A stretch of DNA of 64,000 nt, taken from contig JAIEMI010000056.1 of the NCBI GenBank assembly GCA_019752235.1, positions 12,865 through 76,864 of the forward strand, given 5' to 3'. This DNA is from Rhodospirillaceae bacterium. Its GTDB lineage: Bacteria; Pseudomonadota; Alphaproteobacteria; Rhodospirillales; Rhodospirillaceae. The position numbers and the translations under genes were made by a program. Positions 14,255-21,979 of this stretch are shown piece by piece (position 1 is the stretch's first letter; every line of letters starts with the position of its first letter). The notes below the pieces were generated by a model that searched no databases, was not told the DNA's origin, and worked only from the letters and a program-made list of their open reading frames with translations.

Positions 14255-16525
14255 CTAGGTGTCCCACTTAACGCTTAGACGCAAAGCCATGACGGCGCCC
14301 TCCGTGTCCAGCTGGCTTGACGCGTAGTTTGCGTCCAGGAGCTGCGACGGGAGCAACCAATCCCATTTTTCCACAATTTTGTTTTCTACTTTGGCGGCAA
14401 TCTCACGCGCGTCCGGAATGGGGGATTCCGCGAGGTCTGCGATGTGATCCATGACCGTTTCATGGAGGCAATCGGGAACACGGATTGCGACACCTTCATT
14501 AACCGCGCTTACGCCCCTTTGTGTAAGGAGCAAGGCAACGGTGTCTTGCGCCCAGTCACCGCGCCATGGCGTTATATAGGTAGCATCATGCCAAGAAACG
14601 GTGGCGCTCTTGTGCAAGCCAAGTTTTTGGAAGTTTTCACGTGCCTCTTTTAGAAGCTCTCCTGCGGTGGCGTCTAAGAATGAGGGGGTGTCGCGTCCAA
14701 GATAGACCTCCCGCATTTCCCGCCTAACGCCGTCGTGAACCTTACCGCCGCTACCATCAAACTTGGGCGGCATGCCTCCGGGGGCTGGTTCTACCTGAAT
14801 GATGCGTTCCTTAGCCTCAACCTCAAGCACCCGCCAGCGCCGGCCGGCGAATATGATGTAGGTGTCCTTCACCAACGGCCGGTCTACGGGGAGGGTGCCC
14901 AAAGTCCGTCCCTGGAAGACCACCCGGAACTCTTCCTGGGAGGCGAAGGCCGCGTAAAACGAATAGTGATTTACGAGGCGTTCACCCAATTCTCCCAACA
15001 ACAAAAGGCCGGAGCTTTCTTGGACGAGCACCTTCCGGGCACCCAGTTCTTTAAGCAGGACAACAAAGGCGGTGCGGTCCACGGTACCGAACGCACCGTC
15101 CTCGCATAATACTTCCCAGGCCTTCTTAGCTGACACACCACCAAATTGAGCGATCAGGGACAGCAATTGCTGGATGAGGGTGGAAAGATGGAGGCCACGG
15201 ATACGAGGGGGCTCGTACCACCCACGCAACAGCAGATTAATAGTGGCTATGTTCTGGACGAGTGTTTCACGTAAGCGGTCGCTTATGGCGAGATCCGGAC
15301 CGTCTGCCTTCTCTGCGACGTAGAGCCGCAATATAGCGGGTTCGCCCCTGCGTCCGGACCGGCCCAGCCGTTGGCGAAGGCTAGCAACAGAGGGCGGAGC
15401 GCCAATTTGCACCACGCTTTTAACCGCACCAATATCGATGCCTAACTCAAGGGTGGTTGTACAGATTGCGGTAGCAGGGCGTTCTTGGCTCTTAAGAGCG
15501 CGTTCCGCGTCTTCCCTTATAGATTTGGCCAGGCTGCCGTGGTGCGGCCAGAACTCATTGGGAATACCATTCTCTTCACACATACTGCGCAGCCGGTCGG
15601 CGAAGATCTCTACTCTGGCCCGAGCATTAGGAAAAACGAGATTATTGCTGCCGCGTAGTAACCGGAACAGATCAGCAGCAATCGCTTGGTCAGCGGTAAC
15701 GGGGGTCGTCAATTGGCCGTCTGCAGCTACCGGGACGTCATTTTTTGATTTGGAAGAAAGTTGTATCGGGGTTTCGACGTAACCCTTTAGCAGCATCTTC
15801 AGTTCTTTCGCGCCATCCTTTGAAACTAGAAGCGTGACCTGATCCGGCGCGTTGGGCCGCAAAAACACCCTGGTTAGCTCCATATCTCCCAGCGTGGCGG
15901 AAAGGCCAATGCGCGCGGTCCTTCTGCTGGTTAAGAGTTCTAAGCGGTGGAGAAGGGATTGGAGCTGTTTACCGCGCTCGGTACCTATAAACGCATGGAG
16001 CTCATCTATGACGACGTAGCTGAGTCCTGAGAGAAGGTCCGGAAGAGACGGGCCACGGGTTACGAATAACGCCTCCAATGATTCCGGTGTGATAAGCAGC
16101 ACACCCGCTGGGCGTTTAAAGAACTTATCGCGTTTGGATGCATTGATGTCGCCGTGCCACGGATGAACGGCAATATCCAGCGTCGCGCATAGCCGATCCA
16201 GACGGTCCCATTGATCATTGATCAGCGCTTTTAGCGGACTGATGTAGATGACGAGTTTATTGGCAGCCGGGTTTTGCAGCAGAGTTGTCAGAATGGGAAA
16301 GAAAGCGGCCTCTGTTTTTCCGCCAGCAGTGGCGGCAGAGATTATGAGGTCCTGGGACTGGCCAAGTATGGCGCCGATAGCCGTTTCTTGGACTTCGCGA
16401 AGCTCGTCCCAACCCTGTTCCCATATCCAGCGCTGTATACGCTCATCAAGCAGCGAAAAGGCTTGTGATGCGCCGCTAGAGTTTGAAGCTGGCAAGCTCG
16501 TCACCGTTGGTGGGCGTGTCATCAT
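14255..16525 (-). CDS. sngC: Shango SngC: Lhr/BrxHI-like DEAD/DEAH-box (superfamily 2) helicase
   Basis: Motif I is ISAATAGGKTEAAF, motif II VVIDELHAF, motif III LSATLG, and motif VI QRLGRSGRRG. It is the third gene of the TerB/ATPase/helicase triad. Confidence 0.8.
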   Translation of the reverse strand: MMTRPPTVTSLPASNSSGASQAFSLLDERIQRWIWEQGWDELREVQETAIGAILGQSQDLIISAATAGGKTEAAFFPILTTLLQNPAANKLVIYISPLKALINDQWDRLDRLCATLDIAVHPWHGDINASKRDKFFKRPAGVLLITPESLEALFVTRGPSLPDLLSGLSYVVIDELHAFIGTERGKQLQSLLHRLELLTSRRTARIGLSATLGDMELTRVFLRPNAPDQVTLLVSKDGAKELKMLLKGYVETPIQLSSKSKNDVPVAADGQLTTPVTADQAIAADLFRLLRGSNNLVFPNARARVEIFADRLRSMCEENGIPNEFWPHHGSLAKSIREDAERALKSQERPATAICTTTLELGIDIGAVKSVVQIGAPPSVASLRQRLGRSGRRGEPAILRLYVAEKADGPDLAISDRLRETLVQNIATINLLLRGWYEPPRIRGLHLSTLIQQLLSLIAQFGGVSAKKAWEVLCEDGAFGTVDRTAFVVLLKELGARKVLVQESSGLLLLGELGERLVNHYSFYAAFASQEEFRVVFQGRTLGTLPVDRPLVKDTYIIFAGRRWRVLEVEAKERIIQVEPAPGGMPPKFDGSGGKVHDGVRREMREVYLGRDTPSFLDATAGELLKEARENFQKLGLHKSATVSWHDATYITPWRGDWAQDTVALLLTQRGVSAVNEGVAIRVPDCLHETVMDHIADLAESPIPDAREIAAKVENKIVEKWDWLLPSQLLDANYASSQLDTEGAVMALRLSVKWDT

Positions 16526-17786
16526 CCACTAGGTTATCACCGCTGGCACCCGTGTCCGCGGTCACTTGCACGTCACCCAGCAGCTTACGCCAATCGGACC
16601 CCGGGTTTTGCTCCAAAATGGCCAACAAGTTTAGAAACGCCGTTATGGTCGTCCGAGGGGTGCGGAAGTAGGCATCGCCAATTTTGGTCGCACAATGGTT
16701 CATATAGGCGGTAATGCCGTCGTCAGGGATTAAGTACTTAGCCTCATCTCCATGAGCGAACACGTTCCGAAGCTTTCCAAGGAGAACGTAAAAATCTTCT
16801 GGAGAGAGATTGGCTAACCGCAAAACTGGGCCGCTAAAGTCTACCAGTCCGGCCTTGGCAAAAGTGTTCTCTGCCAACCGTGATTGCAGGGCAGGGTAGC
16901 TATAGAGGCCTCTGCGGGTATCCATGAGAAATTCTGGCGTGCCGCCCAGCAGGATTCCCAGTCCAGTCGCAGTGCCTTGCAGAGAGTCGTTTAGAATGCG
17001 CAATACCTGCTCGTAGTTTGCATTCCGCGCTTGTGTGTTGGACATCTTAAATAGGTTTACGAGTTCATCGTAGCAGACAAGAAAGCCGCTAAAGCCGGAG
17101 AGTTTTACAAACAACGCCATCAACTTTAGAAAATCGAATGTATTAGCGTCTTCGATGATTGTTCTAACGCCCAGGGCGGCGCGTGCATCGGTTTTCGTGG
17201 TGAATTCTGCGCGGAGCCAACGTATGGCGTTTGCCTTTAGCTCGTCGTTGCCCTCTTCATGTCCCTTCCAATAGGCCGCGATAACGTTGGCGAAATCATA
17301 GCCGCCGACCATTTCGGAAAGCTTCTGTAGTTTCTGCCGTATCGCCGCGTCGGCAGAGATGCCGGCGCTTTCCGCCTCTTTGGCGGTTTCAGATACAAAT
17401 CGCTCAACAATGACAGGTAGCGCCCCTCCATCGGGACGGGTGCGCGTCGCGATGTTCTTCATAAGCTCAGCGTATAAAGACCGTGCTTGCCCGCCGGTTG
17501 CCTGGAATCTGCGATCCGGCGTGAGGTCTGCGTTCGCGGCAACCATCTTTTTCTCCAGAGCAATGCTCCGGACAAGATTTAGAAAGAACGTTTTTCCGGA
17601 CCCGTATTCACCTATGACCAATCGGAAGCAGGAGCCGCTGTCGATGATGCGGTCTATATCGCGCACCAGGGACTCAATTTCTTTGGCGCGGCCTACCTGC
17701 ACTAGGTGCTGACCGACACGCGGCACTACGCCTGTGCGTAGGGCGTTGACGATAGCATCACGGTCACGGGGTCTGATTTTGGTCAT
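16476..17786 (-). CDS. sngB: Shango SngB: DUF2791 (BrxD-like) P-loop ATPase
   Basis: ALRTGVVPRVGQHLVQVGRAKEIESL...FRLVIGEYGSGKTFFLNLVRSIALE...ARSLYAELMKNIATRTRPDGGAL matches the DUF2791 N-terminal pattern. There is an ATGA overlap with sngA. Confidence 0.8.
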   Translation of the reverse strand: MTKIRPRDRDAIVNALRTGVVPRVGQHLVQVGRAKEIESLVRDIDRIIDSGSCFRLVIGEYGSGKTFFLNLVRSIALEKKMVAANADLTPDRRFQATGGQARSLYAELMKNIATRTRPDGGALPVIVERFVSETAKEAESAGISADAAIRQKLQKLSEMVGGYDFANVIAAYWKGHEEGNDELKANAIRWLRAEFTTKTDARAALGVRTIIEDANTFDFLKLMALFVKLSGFSGFLVCYDELVNLFKMSNTQARNANYEQVLRILNDSLQGTATGLGILLGGTPEFLMDTRRGLYSYPALQSRLAENTFAKAGLVDFSGPVLRLANLSPEDFYVLLGKLRNVFAHGDEAKYLIPDDGITAYMNHCATKIGDAYFRTPRTTITAFLNLLAILEQNPGSDWRKLLGDVQVTADTGASGDNLVDDDTPTNGDELASFKL

Positions 17787-20125
17787 GCTGCTGCGGCTTC
17801 CTTGATGATCGTAGAATTAACCTCGCAAGGATCATCACCCTCTAGCAGTTGTTCGCCAAAGTGGTCCAAGCAAGCTTCGTTGATTTTCTCTAGGGCTGCA
17901 TCGATCAGTAATCCCAAGTCTTTACCCAAATCCTGGAGTTCGCTCCGAGTCCACTCTGCACGACCCTTGATGATCTTAAATAGGTGAGTGTGTTGCTCGT
18001 CGAGGCCTGCGAAGGACTCTGCGGCAGCAGCAACAGGGACTTCCTTAACGGGAATAGGAAGGACTTCTTCTTCTCCCGTGAATATTGTTCCCAACAGTTG
18101 GGAGACACGGTCTGAGTCCGCTTTTAAGTCGGCAATCTTAGTTTTATCCAGCTTAATAGAGGCGGATTTCTTAGATGGTATCTTGTATGCGTTTTCTTGG
18201 GCGGCGCTAATTTGTACCGTGACTGGCTCCGTCGCCGCCGTATGCGCGTGGCTAAAGACAAGACTTTCGTCGATCTCAAGGACTTTGTAGATTTTTTTGA
18301 GGACTTTAATTTCCTCAGGCGAAATCACCGTGTCGGCTTGAGCAACCGCGACAAGCAGTTGGCCTAACGCCATACGTTTCTTTGCGTCTAGGCTGCTCAC
18401 GCGCTTCTTTATACCACCCAGACTAGGAGGCGATTGTAAGAGCCATTTTAAGTGAGCTCGGAGGCGGACTCTCTCGGCAGGAATTAAGTCGAGCCATGCT
18501 TCTAAGGACGCTGTGAGGCTTGCTTCTTCTTGGGCGCTTATGCCGTCAGAGGCTGCCACCATAGCGCCCAGATGGAGCGTCAGCGCTGCGGCAGCATATG
18601 AAGTGGAAACTGCTTCGATCACGTGTTCGGATGGCAGGGGAAACAGCACAATGGGATCGTCAGTTTCCGGCGATGGCCCCCCCCACCGGACATCCGGCTC
18701 GATACCTACGCCGAAGTCCTGCAAAGCGTCCGCCAGGCCCCGCAGGCGGTCCTTGGTAGAGCCTTCCCAAGGCGGCAGGTGGCTTAAGAGCTCGGAAAAC
18801 TGCACCACGTGTTCTTGGCGGTCAGCACCAATCTGCTTAACCCAATTTTGCAGATTGGCCTGGATTTCCGGAGGCCATAAAAGAGGCGGCAGCAGGATAA
18901 GGGCGTCGGCGGAGCCGGCCTTTTCCGGATTACGGGCGATATACCGGTGGTACGGCTGTATCTCATCTACGGCGGCTTCGCCTATAGCCACCAGTTTATT
19001 GATGGGCCCTTGGAGGATGCTGACATCTGTCAGATCAGGAAGGGCGGTTTCGAGGTCGCGTCTAGGAACTGAGTCGCTCGCAGCCCTGTACGTCGCTTTT
19101 AGCCGCGTTTTGTTCTTGGGAAGGACTAAGCCATCGCCGTAAGTCTGGCGGTATTTGATGCCAAAGAGGCGGCGCAACTCTGCGGACTTTCGCAGACTGG
19201 TCCCGCCAACAGCGTGGTCTGAATTCATAAGCCAGGTAAATGCCCAGTCTGCAGGCATGGGCCGGTCGGCAGCAGCTATCTCCGCTAATCCCACCTTAAG
19301 GGCTAACGGCATCTCTCGCCGGTTTTCGATCTCCGGAAGAGGCGGTAGCTGCCCGGGTGTGCGGAGAGCGGTCACCGTGATGTAGTCGATGAGGGAGGTT
19401 GCGTAGCCATTGAAAGACCGGCTGTCAGTATAAATGCTAAGCAAGCGCTCTATCTCTTGTACGATTTCTTTGATTTCGGTTTGCTTCTGATCCGCGATCG
19501 GCAGGAGTTCCGCGATGAGACGCCGTTCCAGGCCGTAGAAAAAGATAAACACAAAGCCCGTGTTCACTGGTGCCTTGCGACCACTCGCTAGCCACTGGAG
19601 GAAAACCCCCCGTTCGGCGGGCGTAATTTGTGAATAGGAAGGCCAGTAAGGCAGATTGATGATCTCGGTGGAATTAAGCCGGACCGTGAGGCTGGGATCG
19701 ATTAGCGCGGGTTCCGGTACGGGACCGGACAGCGCTCCTAGGCTCTCGCCAAAATATACAAGTCCTGTAGGCACGGTGATGTTACCGACCTGAAACCCCT
19801 TTGCCACGAGACGCCAGAAGTCTTCTCCGTTCTTGCTTAGCTTCTTGCCCATGCGCTGTTCTGAAAAGTCGCTGAAGGAGCGCGACGTTGATTCGACGCG
19901 GTAAGTAAATCGAATAGATGGGGCGTCTTCCGCAAAAACGTCTGCGGCTTCTACAGAGGCGCTTGTCTTGCCGCCGAAGACTTTGCTGACAATCCAGATG
20001 ACAAAGACGACTCCGCCAACGGCTGCGGCCGCGACCCAAAAGGCTGGCGGAATGAACGCGAATAGGCCGACGGCGCCGAGCAATAGCCATCCCGCCCCGC
20101 CGGCGCTTTTCTTGCGTCGGGCCAT
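17783..20125 (-). CDS. sngA: Shango SngA: TerB-N / TerB / TerB-C domain protein with an N-terminal TM hairpin
   Basis: TerB-N-like: LPYWPSYSQITPAERGVFLQWLASGRK...FVFIFFYGLERR. TerB-like: HLGAMVAASDGISAQEEASL and LLVAVAQADTVISPEEIKVLKKIY. The C-terminal TerB-C-like region is LDEQHTHLFKIIKGRAEWTRSELQDL. Two N-terminal TM helices are present. Confidence 0.75.
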   Translation of the reverse strand: MARRKKSAGGAGWLLLGAVGLFAFIPPAFWVAAAAVGGVVFVIWIVSKVFGGKTSASVEAADVFAEDAPSIRFTYRVESTSRSFSDFSEQRMGKKLSKNGEDFWRLVAKGFQVGNITVPTGLVYFGESLGALSGPVPEPALIDPSLTVRLNSTEIINLPYWPSYSQITPAERGVFLQWLASGRKAPVNTGFVFIFFYGLERRLIAELLPIADQKQTEIKEIVQEIERLLSIYTDSRSFNGYATSLIDYITVTALRTPGQLPPLPEIENRREMPLALKVGLAEIAAADRPMPADWAFTWLMNSDHAVGGTSLRKSAELRRLFGIKYRQTYGDGLVLPKNKTRLKATYRAASDSVPRRDLETALPDLTDVSILQGPINKLVAIGEAAVDEIQPYHRYIARNPEKAGSADALILLPPLLWPPEIQANLQNWVKQIGADRQEHVVQFSELLSHLPPWEGSTKDRLRGLADALQDFGVGIEPDVRWGGPSPETDDPIVLFPLPSEHVIEAVSTSYAAAALTLHLGAMVAASDGISAQEEASLTASLEAWLDLIPAERVRLRAHLKWLLQSPPSLGGIKKRVSSLDAKKRMALGQLLVAVAQADTVISPEEIKVLKKIYKVLEIDESLVFSHAHTAATEPVTVQISAAQENAYKIPSKKSASIKLDKTKIADLKADSDRVSQLLGTIFTGEEEVLPIPVKEVPVAAAAESFAGLDEQHTHLFKIIKGRAEWTRSELQDLGKDLGLLIDAALEKINEACLDHFGEQLLEGDDPCEVNSTIIKEAAAA

Positions 20126-20224
20126 TTTAGCGTCCCCATACTAGTCGCAATTTTAGCAAGAATGTCGTGTATGCTTCGCGTTTTCAAGTGCTATGTAACG
20201 AGGATTGCAAGGCGGGGAGCGACA

Positions 20225-20836
20225 ATGAGTAGGCTGCACACTCTATTTAATCGTGCGCGGATCGATGACAGGCAGGTCAGTGAGCTACTTGGTGTTTCGC
20301 ACGGCTTACTGGCCGATGGAAAAATCACACAAGACGAAGCGCAGTACTTACGGCAGTGGCTAACTGCCAATACTGCCGCGCACTCCAATCCCGTTGTCGC
20401 AAATCTACTATCCCGGGTTCACACCATGTTGGCGGATGGTTTGCTGGATGAGGAGGAGCGTGTAGAGCTATTTGAGACTCTGCAAAAATTTACCGGCGGC
20501 GATTTCAGTGTAGATGAATTCCAGAAAGCAACGTCCTTGCCGTTGGACGCGCCCGCGCCGGCTATCTCATTTGGCGGAGCGAGATTCTGTTTCACCGGCA
20601 CATTCGCATATGGATCCCGCAAGGACTGTGAAGCAGTCGTTGTGGAGCGCGGTAGTGCGGTTAGTTCTTTAACTAAGGCTACACGCTATTTGGTGATTGG
20701 CATATACGCGACAGACAGCTGGGCGCACTCATCCTACGGCCGGAAAATAGAAAAAGCTCTGGAGATGAAGTCCAAGAATATTCCCATTCTAATTATAGGC
20801 GAGACCCACTGGGCTGACGCTCTGGAAATAGCCTAA
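20225..20836 (+). CDS. TerB-like helical domain fused to a C-terminal BRCT domain
   Basis: The N-terminal half has LLADGKITQDEAQYLRQWL and MLADGLLDEEERVELFETL (two ADG-x-(I/L)-x3-E repeats as in TerB/DjlA-N). The C-terminal half has GARFCFTGTFAYGSRKDCEAVVVERGSAVSSLTKATRYLVIG...ILIIGETHW, a BRCT pattern. The ATG at 20225 has a GGGGAG RBS. Confidence 0.6.
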   Translation: MSRLHTLFNRARIDDRQVSELLGVSHGLLADGKITQDEAQYLRQWLTANTAAHSNPVVANLLSRVHTMLADGLLDEEERVELFETLQKFTGGDFSVDEFQKATSLPLDAPAPAISFGGARFCFTGTFAYGSRKDCEAVVVERGSAVSSLTKATRYLVIGIYATDSWAHSSYGRKIEKALEMKSKNIPILIIGETHWADALEIA

Positions 20837-20864
20837 CCACATCGCGCTCGTAAGGAACTGAAAA

Positions 20865-21584
20865 ATGGCAAAAGCGGACTACGACGCTCCACTCATGCGC
20901 GCGATCATCCTAGATGACCAGGCGCTGACAAGAATATTTAAGATCATTGCTGATGCCTGCGGTGCGGAGCCGAGTATCTCCTTCCAGTGTATCGACAACA
21001 CGACTATGCGTTTTGGGTCTTTGGATGAAGCCATTGCTTATTCCAATCCAAGCCACCGTCAAATTATTCAAGCGACCATACGCCTCTATCAGTCTGAGGG
21101 GCCTATAGAGACATGTCTTTTGCAGATAAGAAAAGATAAAGACCTGGCGCCCATTAGCTTACAAATCAAGGGCGACGACACTCAGGTTCTTGCCCTCAAG
21201 CGCAACCTATTGGACGAATTACGTTCGATCGAGCCTATGTACTCGACCTTTGTCGCGCACAAATCTTTCCCAGAGTTTTTGTTATCGGTGGGGGTATTCA
21301 TCGCCGCGGTGACGGTGGTACTGTATGTAGGGTCCGCGATTTTCTCAAAAAACTTTTCGACCAATTCCCATCAAGCAATCGGTGTGGCAGTGATAGGGAT
21401 GGTGGCGGCCCTTTTATATTCCCGTTTCCTGTTATGGCCCCGTGCAGTATTTCTGATCGGTCATGGGAGAGCCCGGCACGAGCAATTAGGTAAATTCAGG
21501 ACTTATGTGCTGGGTACCGTTTTCTTGGGGACAGCGCTCGCTGTCGCGTCAAATTATCTATCTTCGGAACTCTTCGGGACGTGA
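20865..21584 (+). CDS. hypothetical protein: soluble N-terminal domain plus three C-terminal TM helices
   Basis: 239 aa. TM segments: FLLSVGVFIAAVTVVLYVGSAIF, AIGVAVIGMVAALLYSRFLLW, YVLGTVFLGTALAVASNYL. It begins 28 nt after the BRCT gene. No recognisable family. Confidence 0.5.
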   Translation: MAKADYDAPLMRAIILDDQALTRIFKIIADACGAEPSISFQCIDNTTMRFGSLDEAIAYSNPSHRQIIQATIRLYQSEGPIETCLLQIRKDKDLAPISLQIKGDDTQVLALKRNLLDELRSIEPMYSTFVAHKSFPEFLLSVGVFIAAVTVVLYVGSAIFSKNFSTNSHQAIGVAVIGMVAALLYSRFLLWPRAVFLIGHGRARHEQLGKFRTYVLGTVFLGTALAVASNYLSSELFGT

Positions 21585-21979
21585 GCGCACTTGCTAGAGC
21601 TTTAGTGCTGCTGCCCAAAAACACATATGGCTTTGGGCACCAAAGTGCATAAGTCTCTGCGGGTTCACATAATATGGGATGTGAACCTCTGAGCTGACGG
21701 GCCTTGATTCGTTCTGGTGGTAGTTCGAATCTAAGGAACGTTGTTTGCTATAGATCCAACGCTGTAGGATGATCGCCATAAGGGCAGATACATGCCCAAT
21801 CGTCAGCAGCGTTTACATAAATAGAGGCTATCCAACACAGTGTACCAACTGTGATGGCCCCTATTTGTGCGACTGCACCGGATCAAAATTTGGTGCGCCT
21901 ATGGATACGCGGCGGAGCGGGCGGGAGCCGGCCAGTCAGCGCATTTGGAAATTTGGACTGTTATGGCGGGGAGGCGAAT

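Noticed and set aside
18513-19142. 209-aa plus-strand ORF and other plus-strand ORFs inside sngA, sngB and sngC
   Set aside because: They are antisense to well-supported Shango genes and give Ser/Arg/Ala-rich shadow translations.
21769-21979. Upstream extension of the ATPase ORF (track start 21851) and the overlapping 77-aa ORF
   Set aside because: The extension is Gly/Arg/Cys-rich and lacks an RBS. The ATG at 21980 has a strong GGGGAGG RBS and begins the conserved-looking N-terminus.
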